Assembly (NCBI GenBank): GCA_024704765.1
Contig: JAKMXF010000188.1
Coordinates: 605,715 to 669,714, forward strand
Source: Oopsacas minuta
Lineage: Eukaryota; Animalia; Porifera
Direction of reading: 5' to 3'
Length of the DNA stretch: 64,000 bases
Part shown: positions 33,711 to 47,803 of the stretch, one piece after another
Layout: every line of letters begins with the position of its first letter
How positions within the stretch are numbered: position 1 is the first letter of the stretch
Made by a program: the position numbers and the translations under genes
Notes under the pieces: generated by a model
The model's input: only the letters and a program-made list of their open reading frames with translations
Databases searched by the model: none
Told to the model about the DNA's origin: nothing

Positions 33711-35609
33711 GTGAGTTTGCTTGTTATTATATTACTAATAGTATACCAAAAACAGTGGAACTTGCATAATCCGATACTCGTCGGGACATGAAAATAACGT
33801 CGGATTAGTAAATTGTCGGGTTACAGTGGATACCGCTTATAAGAAATTTCTATATAGCAGTATTAACAGGCTTGCCGTGGAGATGAAATATCCCAGCCAT
33901 ACTCCATATCCATATGCATTTCTGAGCCATTTTAAGTGGATATCCATAGATATTGTTAAAACCCGAGGACTGTTAGCGTTGGGTATCCGTAGATGCCCTG
34001 TTGCTTAGACTCCTTCTTGGTACAGGTTTCCTGGTGGACTTCCACTACGGTTATGCCATTCGTTTTTATCCATTTTCTGTAGGTCAAATCGTACCACACG
34101 AATGTTTTGGAACAATATCCACATTAGAGATACATCCCGTACATGTAGAATTATAGATGTAGACTTGTCCCAGAATCTTTCGATGATCACATCGCGACTG
34201 ATCTTTGGAATTCCATATATAATTTTGTAAAGTTAATCGTCAGAACTTACGATAGGAAACTACATGACTTTGTCATGATTACTCAATTAGTATAAGTTTT
34301 CAACGATTAGGTGAAAAGAAATAGTATTACAGGCGACAACCCTTAAGGAAAACATTTGTTCGAATTAGTGAAAGTTCGAACTATTACGGGTATTCGTATT
34401 CACTGCTGTTGACTGTATAATGCATATTGCCAATTATTTGCCAATTATCGTAAATATTTGGAAGTATGGACATCTACAATATCCATGGATATGACCAAAG
34501 CTCGTTTGGCTAAAATATTTTCGGATTTTAAAGGTATCCCGGATTATTTGTGACAAAAACAAATACTTCAATGTTTGTACAGGTAAACCTCTTTTTACGC
34601 GGTAGATGCGTTCAATGATGAAAAGTCCGCTTAAAAAAATATGACAATTCTCATAGAAACACATATGAATCTTTTATAGATGCTTTTCCAAATAGATATC
34701 AAAATCATTTGTTCGAGGAACTTTAAATTGGATATACAGTCGAAATCGGGGTATTTCGCCTCCCTGGGTATTATTGCAATTGCTTGTTTCTCCTTAATAC
34801 TATTTAATTACAAAACGAATTTAGTATATTTGCTACCGGTTTTTTGCGTATCGGGGTTTTTTTGCTGCCTTGATCATGTAAAAAATTGCCTCTCTGTTTC
34901 TTGCCCTCTTACAAGTGTCAAGTGATCCAAAACTCCCGATTTCGATTGCAGTTTCATTGGTCAACATTATTGAACATTGATAATTGAGTTACTATACTTA
35001 AATTATTATTTTTGTTGTCTCTGTACTACATACATTAATTCGACGGACGTAAAGACTAAGAAATTTCACCTTCTAAGCAACTATTGCTTTAGTGGTTGAA
35101 AAGGCGGTTTTTTGCCTCATTTTCCGTGCATTTTGGGGAAAAAACCGATTTCGACTGTATTTGAGAATAATGTTTGAATTCAGAATCTGGAAATAGGAAT
35201 CGTATAATTATATACGTATAATCATTTCTAGATGTTCTCATATTGTATTTATTATATCAGATAGCTTAATATTCGAATTCGTCCTTATCTTAGAGCTCAA
35301 CGAACACGTTACTTTCGAATACGAACAGTTCGTACTTCGTAACCAAGGAAAAGTTTGTCATTGATTTTTGTGTCATCAACAATATTTATGTGAATTGTTC
35401 CCTTCCAGATGCATTATTTCGTTTTTTCGATTTGAGTGTTGAAAATATTCCAAATGCTAAATCGGTTGATGCATAGTAGAAATGTTTAGCTTTGTAGCAT
35501 TTTGTGAATTAATTAATTAATGAAATTTGCAAGGCCGCGGAAAATGGAATTGTACTATAACCCAGCTGCTAAGACCTTAATATTAGGCGAATTGTTCATT
35601 TTTTGAAGA

Positions 35610-36006
35610 AAGTGACATTTTTGGTCCAGATATAGCTTATGGCATCTTAATTTGATAGGAAAGGGGACCCACTCTGGATCTTCCCTATTTCGGGAAAAAT
35701 TTCCCCAAATGTTGACATAATGGCCGCAGGGCGACAAATTTGCACTTGAATTATTCCAAAACGATTTGATGGATCGAATAGGTCAAAAAAGCAAAATTCT
35801 ATTACATTGTGCTATCTTACCAGAAAAACAGCTTTCGTGATGACTAGAAATCATTTGAGAAAGTTATACAGATATTTGAATATTCCCCCAGTGTCTGGAC
35901 ATACGGACCTTGTGGGACAATTTTTCACGAAATAGGGAAGATCCGGAGAGGGCCCCCTTTCTATGGAGTTAGGATAAAATACGCTATACCTGGACCAAAA
36001 ATGGCA
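35610..36006. repeat. MITE-like inverted-repeat structure within intron 1 of the giant gene
   Basis: Arms about 35610–35700 and 35917–36006 (TGACATTTTTGGTCCAGATATAGC… / …GCTATACCTGGACCAAAAATGGCA), about 85% complementary, with an about 215-bp spacer. Confidence 0.6.
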
Positions 36007-36086
36007 CTTTCATCAAATAAATGAATAATTTTAAGCTTAAGCAGCTGGACTACAAGTATAATAATGTGAATTGAGAATTTAAATAG

Positions 36087-36402
36087 GTATCTACGCCTAC
36101 ACATGGTACATGGATTATGAGATTTGTGAGGATAATGTGATTACGCCTAGAGATCCCAATGAACACTCCACGACACCTCTCTCTGATATAAATCAGGGTA
36201 GAATATTTCAACATTTTGATGACGGGACATATTACGTGACAGTTCAGGCACTGAACAAGGTGATACTTGGTGGATCTGGTGTTCTCACTGTCTGTCATTC
36301 TACACCTTATACTATTGATACATCTCCGCCAGTCATTAGCAGAGTCATTCTCATTTCATACAATTCTAACACAAATCTATCTATCTTCGTGTATCAAGCT
36401 TG
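36087..36402 (+). CDS. Giant gene exon 2
   Basis: Acceptor AAATAG at 36085–36086. Phase (1+2) gives …DLESG-IYAYTWYMDYE…GTYYVTVQALNKV…DTSPPV…. GTAAGT donor at 36403. Confidence 0.55.
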
Positions 36403-36810
36403 GTAAGTATAATAGTGTAATATAATTGAAGCTTAACTGTCTGGCTTTACCAACGGGCCAAGCAAAAACTATTGTGTCGACAATTGATCCTGCAATAGCC
36501 GGACGGACCGAACTGAATCCTCCAGCCTTGGACTTGCAGATTGCTGAGTATCATTGTTTGTCCTTTTGAGGTATTGGAATACCAAGAATATTATTTCGGA
36601 TTACTTGTCCAATATTTTGTATGGCAATGAAAATTAGATTCATAGTAAAGTGTCAAATTTGTATCTATTTTTTACAAAATTTCATGTATACCCTCAAGAG
36701 TTGTGACATACAACTAGAGGTGAAATGTCCTTAAATTTGTTCAAATTATTTCGTCGTTTCTATTTACACTACGTATATGTTCATGATTTTATACCTTACT
36801 TCTCCTTGAG

Positions 36811-37019
36811 GGATGTTGAGTCAGGTTTGAAGGCTATTGAGTTGGGAGCAGGTCTTACACCTAATGACATTTCTATACTCCTTTGGACTCCAATATTCGT
36901 CAATCAGACAGCTACAATCACTTATCGTATTGATGTAGCAGATGGACAGAGGGCCTTCATTCGTATTAAAGCAACTAATAATGGTAATAATGGTATAGTA
37001 CTAATTAAATCAACATCCG
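36811..37019 (+). CDS. Giant gene exon 3
   Basis: Acceptor TCTCCTTGAG at 36809–36810, phase (2+1), giving W-DVESGLKAIELGAGLTPND… (repeat motif). Donor G|GTTACT at 37020, chosen by phase; this is a weak site. Confidence 0.45.
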
Positions 37020-37170
37020 GTTACTCGAATGCTCGTTAACTCGAACGAATATTCACTCCCCATTGTTGTATATTTAATACTTATCGCACCGTTAACTCGA
37101 ATGGATTTTGACTTCCCCTGAGGTTCGAGTTACCGAATGTTGACTGCATACAGTAATTATATTCTACATT

Positions 37171-37826
37171 TAGTTGATCTCGAAAGTGCCTCCTACGCTC
37201 CAGAACCGATCATTGTTGATCGTAGCCCTCCCATTCCAGGAGTCGTGCTTGACGGAGATGGGTTCGGATTATCAGACTTCAAATACCAATCTTCTGCCTC
37301 AAAGATTTGTGCAAAATGGAAAAACTTCTTTGATCCTCAATCAGGAGTCTCTGCTTATCGTTGGGGAGTAGGCACTGCTCCTGGGATGTCAAACATTGTA
37401 GCTTTTACAGAAGATCTTCCCTCTGACCAGAATGATATCTGTAGAGATGGTTTGACACTCCAACATAACACCACGTACTACTCAACTATAATAGCATTCA
37501 ATGCTGATACTCATCAGCCTAAAAACTCATCTGCTTCTTCCAATGGTGTCCTTGTAGATCTAACAAATCCAATTGGTGGCTATGTTCTTGATGGTCTAGA
37601 AATTACCAACACTATACACTACACTTCCAATCCTACCTTAGTGCAAGCAGTGTGGGGAAACTTCTCAGATCCGGAGTCTGGTATTTCTCAGTATAACGTT
37701 ACTATTTACGTTGCCAATGTATTGCAGTTTTTGCCAGCTACCAATCTTGAACCAGATCAAGAATGTCAGATTACATCTACCAACACAATAGTCCCTACAA
37801 GACAGCATTTTATACCCCCCAGTGAT
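37171..37826 (+). CDS. Giant gene exon 4
   Basis: Acceptor CTACATTTAG at 37169–37170. The exon encodes VDLESASYAPEPIIVDRSPPIPGVVLDGDG…WKNFFDPQSGVSAYRWGVGTAPG…WGNFSDPESGISQYNVTI…. GTAAGT donor at 37827, phase 0. Confidence 0.55.
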
Positions 37827-38454
37827 GTAAGTAATATCTATTATGCTGTAAACAGGGCCGTCGTGGGGTGGTTGGGGGTGTGTGTCAGGGTATATACTTG
37901 GATGCCGCTTCGTAATGGTGCAAACATGTTGTAGGCGCCTCTGTTCGAGCTATCGATGCGCATTGATGACACTTTCATTCATACGACGGTCTTGATGTTA
38001 GGTTATAATCTTAGTGGGTTAACTCATGGGCGTAAACGAGCAAATCGGGCCGCGATTTGACACCAAAAGACATTATTTTGAGTCTAAGAGTTGGAATCTG
38101 TTCAATGTTGAATGTTAGATATAATACAGCAAAAATTTCAAATTTAATTCCGAGTAGGCCTCTGGGCCGCCCGAACATTTTCGGGTGCCCGGGTCGTTTA
38201 CGACTAAGGGTTAACTATCAGTATACTGAAATGAATCGTAGAATACTTGTGTTTTCGTGTTTTTATCTTCAGAAGGATATAAATTGGATTAAATACCACC
38301 AATCTCGTCCGTAAAGAAATTTCTGCTCGATTTTATCTAATGTCTCCACACATAGGCTTGATAGAGCCATTTTGGGTGGGCGGCTGCCCACTCTGACTCG
38401 GGAGCTTAGTTGCGCTAATGTTTCCACAGACTTAAACATTTCAATACATATTTA

Positions 38455-38605
38455 GGTTGAGTTTAGGATAGCACAAGAATCATTGTCTGTTGGCTTAGAA
38501 CATCAAATCCACTACAAACACTTTCATTTCTCTCACGGTGAATACATAAGGACAAGAGTTACAGGACAGGATGGTGCCACAAGATTAACTGAAGTCACTA
38601 GTCAA
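38455..38605 (+). CDS. Giant gene exon 5 (not in the ORF track; found by phase)
   Basis: Acceptor ATATTTAG at 38453–38454. 50 open codons VEFRIAQESLSVGLEHQIHYKHFHFSHGEYIRTRVTGQDGATRLTEVTSQ+G. Donor G|GTATAT at 38606. This exon restores the phase between exons 4 and 6. Confidence 0.5.
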
Positions 38606-38853
38606 GGTATATTATATTACCATATTTCCTTGAATAGTAGCCTGGTCGATTAGTAATTTCAACCCTCTTATGAGGGAAGTTATGATCTTTCTATACACGT
38701 AATGTCTTTATCATCATCCCTATGTAATACGAACCAACCGCTTGTAACTGTTTCCCTGGATTTTTAAAAAATTTTGGATTTCTAATATTTTTCAGAGGAT
38801 GCAGTGTTTATATGATTCGTACTAGTATTTAACTAATGAATTATGGCTTTTAG

Positions 38854-39308
38854 GTGTTTTAGTCGACTTAACACCACCTAAGATAGTCCAGCTCTACGAT
38901 GGTGCTAATTTCGGGATAGACGAGTCATACCAAACATCCATTACAGTACTACATGCATCTTGGATAATGGTGGACAAGGAATCTGGAATTTCAGAATATC
39001 AACTATCAATATATGCCAGGAGTCAAGGCTCAACCTCTAAATTCTATCCAGAGGATGCTCCCTACATTACTTTGCAGCCACAAGAAATTGGAGAATCAGG
39101 TATTCTTAACTGCTGGACTGGTAGAGACATTCCGTTGAGCATTGGTACACTCTATACTGTGAGAATTGTCCCAGTGAACCGAGCCAAACTCTCTACTATC
39201 TACACGTCAAACGGGATAATTCCAGACAATACACCACCTGTAATTGATTTTGTACACATTGGTACATATGGTGATGAGTCTGAAGAAATAACTCCTCAAG
39301 AAAATGCG
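38854..39308 (+). CDS. Giant gene exon 6
   Basis: Acceptor GGCTTTTAG at 38852–38853. The exon encodes GVLVDLTPPKIVQLYDG…WIMVDKESGISEYQLSIYARSQG…. GTAAGT donor at 39309, phase 0. Confidence 0.55.
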
Positions 39309-39422
39309 GTAAGTAAGAAAAGTACTACATATTACGAGATTTGTCTCTGGCAGCAAACTGACCGTCCGAACTGTAGTAAAGATCGGGTTAACTGGCATAA
39401 CTTTAATATTACGTACTTCTAG

Positions 39423-40032
39423 GTTGAGATTGGTAACTCTGGTAAAATTCCAGTACAGTGGTCAGCAAGCGATTCTCAAAGCGGGATTATTGGATTTGTA
39501 GCAGCAATAGGAACCAGTCCTGAAGGAATTGACACATCAGACTACACAGAATACTCTGCTTCAATCAATGTTGGTATACCTGTACAGCTACAATTGTTCG
39601 AAGTTACTGGAAACTACTACTATGTGACAGTGCGAGCTAAGAACGGAGCAGGGCTTCTCTCCGAACCAACAGTATCCAGTAAAATTAAGGTTCTACGAGC
39701 AAATGTAGCTGGGGTAGTGACTGTAGGACACTCTGGTATCGGAATAGATGGAGGATTCCAAGCAGAAAGTGACACAATAACTCTGAAATTTGATGGTTTT
39801 TCTAGTGAATTGTGTGGCATACAATATTTTGAGTGGTCTATAGGGACAAGTTTCGCGGGCGATCAAATTCAGGAATTTACCACTGCTGGACTTGTAATGG
39901 GAGAAGATGGGTCAGGAGTGTCACAGGCACTTGTACCATTGCATTTAGGGAGATTAACGTATACTGAAGTGAGAGCAATAACAGCATGTTCCTCTGGAGA
40001 TGGACAAGCAACTATCAATAGTTTTGGACAAG
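39423..40032 (+). CDS. Giant gene exon 7
   Basis: Acceptor TACTTCTAG at 39421–39422. The exon encodes VEIGNSGKIPVQWSASDSQSGIIGFVAAIGTSPEG…YYYVTVRAKNGAGLLSEPTVSS…. Donor AAG|GTTAGA at 40033, phase 1. Confidence 0.5.
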
Positions 40033-40945
40033 GTTAGATCTATTACAGTTACAAATAATACTCTCTTGAATCTTGATATTTTGCGAGCATACACGATTCA
40101 ACATTATTGAATGGTATTAGACAAATTCCACGGTAAAAGTATACAGGATTGAAATAAATTCAATAATACATATTGCACAGCTTTATTGCATCATATATGT
40201 TTGGTATTAGAGTTAGAATGTGCTAATTTGTAATTGCATTAGACTCGAGCTACAAATATACATAATTTATGAAACGCTCTATTCGCACTATTTTACGATT
40301 TAGTATAGCAATGAAAATATATTAAGAGATCTATTTTTTGTTACAATAATATCTTAATTAAATGTACATTGCTGTTAGCGAGTAGATACAAGTACAGTAA
40401 AATTTGGATATTACAGGACATAGAATACTATATCATACAGATAGGAAAGTAGACAAGTAACGAATAAATAGAATGGTCATGTGAATAAATCTCATAAAAG
40501 TTAAATTAAGCCTTCAAAGTTTGTGAACTGAACTTTTCAAGGTAGAAAGATGTAAGGAATCAGTTAAGACTACTAAAAAGACATTAATTAATCGATATAC
40601 AAGAATTTCAAAAGTAAAAAATTCAATTTTTGATGAGCATTTATGTGAATGTTGATGATGTCATGATTTGAATGCGCCTAAACGAGGATGAAGGATGGCC
40701 GTTAGAACCTTTTGAGAAGTCTTAACTGATTCTTTACATTTTCAAGTCACAAACTTTGGAGGCTTGATTGAACTTTTATGAGATTTATAAAAGTAGCCTC
40801 TCTTTTATATTCGTTGCTCGGTTACTTTCCTATCTGTGTTATGTAGTAGTCTATTTATGGGATAATCCAAGGAGTTGTGGTCTCCGATTGAATGGACAAT
40901 TATTGACAGGTTGCATTATATTATATTACTTGTAATTGTTTCTAG

Positions 40946-43900
40946 CAATACTGGTGGACTGGACTAAACCTAATCTGATACTAACAGAGTTAGGACAGCA
41001 AATTGATGGAGTAACTTATAAGTATCCTCAATCTGATGACAAGATATATCAATACGACCCATCTACACTTGTAGCTAGATGGAGTGCTACAGATCCTCAA
41101 AGTGGTATTAACAACATACAATATCACGTGGGCACTTATCCCTATACTGCTAATATACAGCTGCCAAAACTTACTCGTGGAACTAGTCTAGCCTCAAATG
41201 ATGTGGAACCAGAAAACACAGGAGAGCCGAACATACTCCATCTCATAGCATTCAACAAGGCAGGTGTATCCACATTCCTTATCGCCCCTGGTATCACTAT
41301 AGATACACTTATCCCCAATACTGACCAATTACGATTCACATGTACCCAGTACGCTGTCACCACCACTAGTTCATTGGTATGTAATTGGTATGGAGCATTT
41401 GATGAATACAGTGAGGTCAATGGCTATGAAATAATGTTGGGAGAGGAGGAAATAGATACAACCTTCTATTACGAATACTTGGATAGAAATGCCATTACGG
41501 TGACCATCAGGAATTTCACCAAACCACTAGAAGTAGGTGATCAGGTGTACACACTGAATGTTATTAACAGTGTACGACTGAGTAATCATGCGTTTGCTCC
41601 TTTAACAATTGATGATTCTCCTCCCATTCCTCAGTCTGTATTCGTATTGACTGATCAAACACAAGTTGCCTTCTTTCCTACTGGTGAAGTTAACTCTACG
41701 TTCAATTACGAGAATGCAACGTCATCTGGAGTTCAGTGTAAGATTATCGTCACAGATATTCATATTAGATGGGAGGATTTCGTTGACCACGAGACTCCTA
41801 TGGATTTTTATGAGATTGGGATTGGAGAAAAGCGAGGACAAATGAACATTGTGAGCTTCTTCAACGTGGGTTTAGTGAACGAGTACTTTATTGAAGGGTT
41901 AGACCTGACGCGTTATAAAGTCATATATGCAATTATTCGAGGAACCAATCGAGTCGGCCTGATCCAAGCGGCGAATTCCAATCCTATCTATTTGTCGTTA
42001 CGATACCCCGATCCTGGATACGTGTATGACGGCTCTGAATTCCAAGACTTAGAGGCTCAGGCTGGTATCACCTTTCTAGAAGGTTATTGGAATTTCAATG
42101 ACCCTTGCCCTGCAGTGCACTATGACTGGGCAATATTCTATATGAACCAAACAACCATTCAGAACTTTACACGTGTTGAAACTAGCCACTCCTCGAACGA
42201 TAACCTTGCAATGCAACAAGATACCAAGGTTTATATCAGCGTAACAGTTTACAGTTCTATTGGTTATGTGAGATCTTCTCGGTCTAATGGTATCACTATT
42301 CAAGTTGATCCTCTTATCCCAGGAGTAGTGTATGATGGTCCTGTCCCTGGATATGATTTTGACAGTCAAGCATCCTTGACTTCCATAATTGCCAATTGGA
42401 ATTCATTTGGAGGTACTGATCCAGAGAGACTCTCAGAAATGGTTATTCAATATGAAATAGCAGTAGGGACGGGGTGGAGAGGTGAGGACAGATTCAACGT
42501 TGTGGAGTATGAGAATATGTATCTGAACACTTCTGCAACGCTAAGAGGACTTGAACTGCAAAGAAATACCTCTTATTACGTCACAATTAGAGGTACAAGT
42601 GGCACCTTCCAACAGGCAGAGGCAACTTCTAATGGAATACAACCGATAGAATTCAATAATATTGCTGAACCAGGTTCTGTAGAGATCCCTTCATTCCAAT
42701 CTGCCACAACACTGCTTGACATCACTTGGAAAGATTTCACCTCATTACTTCCTATTGCATTCTATGAATACGCAATCAGTACTGATGGAAATCTCGCCGA
42801 GTTTTCTTGTGAGACTGTGGAGAACGCTGCTGACCCTCTCGACGAGTACTTCACTGTTAGACAGTACACTAGAGCTGTATTACAAGCTTCAGTGGTTGCG
42901 GATAATTTGCATCTAGTAGGAGCTACCAAATACTACGCTTATGTGCGTGCAATTGATAATTCATTTCAGTGTACAGCTGCTGTCTCCCATCCAATAGTTA
43001 TAGACACTACACCGCCTATTCAGGGCAAATTCAATATAGGATTCAATGTTACTAGTGTACGACCTGAATTAACTGAAACTCAGATCTATTATATAACCGG
43101 AAATGATACTCTAGCTGTTCATTGGGAAGGTTTCTTCGATCCAGAGAGTTATATATCCAACTACCAGATCGCAATCATTGAACAAGATAACTGCAATATT
43201 CACAATTGTGATGAGATAAGTGATTTGACAGAATTTACTACGATTAACAATGTGAACAATTATACATTCTATGTCATCCAACTTGTGACAAGTAAATTCT
43301 ACTTTGTGGCTTTACGTTCTATCAACCAAGCAGCACTCACATCATGTAGCGTGTCACAGCCTATCAAACTGGTAAAATACTCTCTCAATCCAGCAGTAGT
43401 TAAGTACGGAACAATCTGGAAATTTTCTCCTCCTTACCAAGGGAGTACCTCTAGGGTTGAAGGTGTTCTAGCTCTTGTGAGGACAAAGCATGATGCTGTG
43501 TGTATGGAACGTATGTATAATCAAAGTTCCACGACAGAAGATTGGGACACAATCACTCAGTCAATCACTTCTACAATCCCAGTAGGACCTAGCAATCCAA
43601 CAGGCAGAACTCTAATGTATCACCCTCAACAGATAGAATTCACTACTGACAGTGCATTTTTAAAGGTCAGCATGACGCGAGACATCCAACGTGAGAGGAT
43701 GCTCTCTGGTGCTGCTGTCACACAGATGTCAGTAGTAGACCTGAATGAAATGAGTGTTAGCATCAAGGCTGCCCCTGAATTCCAGGCCGTCACTTCTGTG
43801 TTATTCTGGGACGGACCTGCTTCAATGGTTCAGGAATATGAGATGCTTTATGAACTGGAAAACGTCACACAAACTAACTTCGGCCAAAATCTACCAACAC

Positions 43901-46170
43901 AAACACCCAGTACATGTCAATACATGCCTCCTCCCAACCCCAACCCAGTACCCTACAAAGCGTTTGGTCTCCAACTACACCCCTCTTACAATTCCAGCCC
44001 TGCGAGAGCTTTATTCTGGTACAGAGGTCAGACTCCTGAAGACACTGGGTACACATGGATAGATCTAGACTATGATCCTAGTGCTGCCTTCTACACGTAT
44101 GACTTTAAACTCTACAGAACCAGTTCAACTACTCCTAGTACAGCTACACTTGGCACCTGGACTGTGGATTTAGTGGTAGACGGCCAGTTCTTAGGCAATC
44201 TTGTTGATCTGCCTCAACTGAGATCTAGTATCTACCTTGTATTACATGTCCGGAACTTTAACGGAGGAGTAGAGTCGTTCTCAAATCCCTTCTTTCCTCC
44301 TACTACCTCGGCCTATTTCACTGATGTCAATCTTCCAGCTGATAGCAGTCGGGTTTGCAAATTTGGAGCACCATTCTATAGCCCAAAGGCACCATTTGTG
44401 AAGTTTGAGGTTGGAGTAGGACGAGAGTATGGTTCTACTGAGGTATCTCTTGCAGCGGGTCGAGAATATCAGTCTATACCCTCACCATGTATTCCTTGTG
44501 TTGAAGGCTGCAACAACTCACTACCCAATCTGTGTAACTCTACATGCAATTCCAACGTCTACTATATACAGTTTGTAGCCAGTGGGCTCAGTTTGCAATC
44601 AGGTTGTACTCATCCGTTTAACCTTACTAACGTGACATGTACTCCCTACAACTATACTGACACAGGTATTCCAGAGGATCAACTATACCAATACAATATC
44701 ACATTTGTACCATATGTGTACTATATGAAGGTGAGAGGATACACGGCTACAGGAGAGATAGCTTACGGCTACTCAGATGGTATTCAGCTAGATACAACAC
44801 CTCCTAACTGTACACTTATACAACATGTACAAAGAGATCTGAGAAGTGATCAGTTAATACAAACGAGTGCTCAGGATAGTGACAATTCACTGGCTGTGGA
44901 ATATCAGTGTGAAGACACCAAAAGTGACATATATGACTATGAAATAGCTTACTCGGATAATGTAACTGATATTGATTCTCTCCAATTCACTTCAGTGGGC
45001 ACAATCAAAACCGCGAATATAACCAATCTCGAGCTGATACCACAACTCAAGTACTATGTGATTGTTAGAGCCATCAATGGTGCTGGTTTGAGTACAATAC
45101 TGGTAAGTCAGGGAGTGAGGATTATGAACCAGGAGCCGGACATTTCTAAATCTGTCATAGAACCTTTGTATTCAACAAAGATCGATACAATAATTCCAAA
45201 TACTTTCCTATCTACACAACTTACTTCTCTCGGTTTGCATTGGACTGGTTTCTATCCTACTCATTATGAAGATAATTACCTTGTAAAGAATCAAACTATT
45301 TTCTGGAAAGTAGGCACAGAACCTTACAAGGATGACATCATGCCCATTTTCGAGATAACATTCGGCAATGCTTCCTCCATTCGTATTGAAGGATCTCAAT
45401 TAATTGGTAATGGTAACTCAAACGATCAAGTTATTGCAAATACTCCTGATATAATAATGTTGGCGAATAAATCAGCAGGTATTTATACCGGGAGTGAAAA
45501 TATCTTACAAGCAGAACCTGGAATGATTTTGTATCAAACTCTCGTACTCTGTGCTATTCAACCTAAATGCAAAGATGCTGGCACACCATCAGTTACTTAT
45601 TATAGAGATACTACTGATACATATGCTGTGTACCAACGTAATAGTGAATATTACCTTTCTATTGAGGAAGGCTTTGCTGAATATTCTTCTGGATTTTCTG
45701 GCCAATTCATCCCTCAACTAATCTATCCAACCAACTGTAAAGTTTACTTCTCTGAAGACCTGCAAGATTTATCTGGATTTGTCATTGGACCCCTCTCACT
45801 CAGTGATATGAAGGTTAATTATGACATCCTCTCTGTCCCTTTCAGCTCTCCGTATACGCGTTACATTGTGGATCCTGGCTCCACCCTCACCCAAGTGGAC
45901 AGATTTCTCTTCACCCGTATACAAGAGTTCCACGGTCCCTCTTTCTACATAAGTCCTATAGGCGGAGTTAACTTCCCTTCTTGGTTGAAGATTGAAATAA
46001 AATTTAATGCATCTCGAATTGTTGAAACAAATCAACCATTTCTTGTTGGTTGGAACCCTGAGCAACAGCAATGGGTATCTTCTCGTAGCAGTTGTAACTT
46101 CGATAAAGAGGATACTATAACTGGTGATACACTGACAACGTATTTCTGTCCTTGTCTGCTATCTAATGAG
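40946..46170 (+). CDS. Giant gene exon 8 (5.2 kb; about 15 tandem HYR/FN3-like repeats)
   Basis: Acceptor TGTTTCTAG at 40944–40945, phase (1+2). Continuous 1741-codon frame. Each repeat unit has D.(T/S)PP..G.V.DG, then about 30 aa, then W.(G/N)F.D.ESGI..Y...(I/V)GT.PG, then about 50 aa, then YY.TVRA.N.AGL.S…S.G. Donor GAG|GTTTGT at 46171, followed by a SINE-like R2 repeat in the intron. Confidence 0.6.
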
Positions 46171-46189
46171 GTTTGTTTTTCTAATAAAT

Positions 46190-46440
46190 ATAATTGTTGG
46201 TTGTCTGTTTGTCAGTTGTCAAGGACAGGGTTTATGGTATGTTAGTCAAGATCAGATTTTTGCATTTTCAAATAAATTGTGCCATACGTAAATATATTGT
46301 TACTGTATTAATTAATGATATGAATATGGTGCAAACAATATCGCAATTCCTCAAACTTTACTAAGAGACTTTAAATTATGGGTTACATTGGGGTAACAAG
46401 GTACGCTGGATCAAATTTTTAGTGCAGCTCCTATAGGGAG
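46190..46440 (+). repeat. SINE-like dispersed repeat family R2 (…CAAGGTACGCTGGATCAAATTTT…)
   Basis: Related copies at 48720–49080, 50480–50560 and 55950–56300. All but the last lie in introns of the giant gene. Confidence 0.6.
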
Positions 46441-46630
46441 ATGCCCTAATGGCATGGACGATGTACGGAGGCAGTGCGAAATCTAGCGGTCCCATTAAAT
46501 GAAAATTAGTGTACATATAGATACATTTGGATCGGATATTTTGCCCTTTTGGGGATGAACTTTTCTAAAGTGATTTTTTCCCATCTTTTTGGTGATTAAT
46601 CATATTTTCACACCTTTTTACACATATAGT
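46430..46630 (-). repeat. R1 tail module, inverted copy
   Basis: Reverse complement of 28340–28560. Confidence 0.6.
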
Positions 46631-47803
46631 AGTCTCATTAATACGAACACGGTTAAGACATAAATCCAGTTAAGGAGTACGAATTTAGCAGTCCCCTGGT
46701 GAAAGTATTAACAAGACTCTACTGTATTTCAAAATGATGCTAGAACTTTCGTTTCAACTTCCAGTTAGGGGTACAATACATCCTCACTAATCCAGACAGC
46801 ACTGTTCCTATTACTAGATTAGCGAAATGCTCGGAAACGATACTATAGGATATAGGGGACATTTTTTCGAAAGTTATACAAACGATGAAGGCTGCAAACA
46901 TGTGTAATATAACAATATGTATTTGTCCACACTACAATTGGATACAATTAGTTATTTTTGAACATTTTAAGACATTTTCCAGGAGATAAATAATTATCCC
47001 TTCGGATCTATTCGGATTAATGATGATTCGGCTTAACGAGAGTCTACTGTAAGAGAGCATGTTTTTTCTATTATGATATTTTCATGTTCATACTTTTAGC
47101 ATATTACTAAAAATAATGCTAGAAATTCGTTTGAACGGGTAGTTAGGTGTTCAAACGAATTTATAGCATCATTTTTGAGTAATATGCTATATTGAAATCC
47201 AATTTTGATTTTTTCAAATCTCAATCTACACGATTTATCATACAATTAGTCTTATTTCTACCAATTTACAACAAATATTTTGTATTGGGTAGGGATGTGA
47301 CAAGGGCGGCGGAAGGTGTTAGGTGGCGGTCAGGCTTGATCTATATTAAAGTGGTCAGGCCCGTGCCATAGAATTGAGTAGGACAAGGCAAAAGTAGTCA
47401 ATACAATATCTATTATTCATTTATTGTTGTTTTTATGGACTCTTACTCAGAAGTATTACAATATTAGCATGATTCCGGTTGCGTCACCTATACCGAGATT
47501 CGGTCTAATCAATTTTGTCGTTCGCTAATGTTAGTCAATTCAAATTTCATAAAAGTATTTATACTTTGCATATACGTATTATGCTATACGCATTAATACT
47601 TGTACAGCGGAAACCCCTATTAGAAATTCGTCTAATAGCAAAATCCGCCTATTAACAAATTTTTCATGGACAAAGAGTCCAGTTTTGTATCGTAATTAGT
47701 ATGTATAATAGCTAAATTCGGGTATTAGTTGGAAAATTCTTGCAAAATTCGATTGCTATTAGGTGATTGCAATTGTATGTAATATGTATCCAATATTCTA
47801 TAG

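Noticed and set aside
28847-33769. Treating the 1640-aa ORF as a complete intronless gene ending at the TAA at 33767–33769
   Set aside because: A consensus GGTGAGT donor lies 56 nt before the stop, inside a conserved repeat motif. Splicing to 36087 restores the motif (…ESG|IYAY…) and the phase, and the downstream exons are all phase-compatible. The terminal 19 codons up to TAA are therefore intronic.
36725-37039. Track ORFs 36725..37039, 37137..37934, 38967..39422, 39594..40037 and 47837..48202 as independent genes starting at their listed 'M'
   Set aside because: Their 'M' residues are GTG/TTG codons, and the frames stay open upstream to good acceptors. They are internal exons of the giant gene.
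30228-45399. Minus-strand ORFs inside the giant-gene exons (30228..30464, 30636..30863, 31060..31287, 31867..32088, 33001..33216, 41142..41420, 42076..42369, 43874..44056, 45208..45399, 45796..46071)
   Set aside because: They are antisense to a long, motif-rich coding frame, have no recognisable domains, and show the codon bias expected of shadow ORFs.
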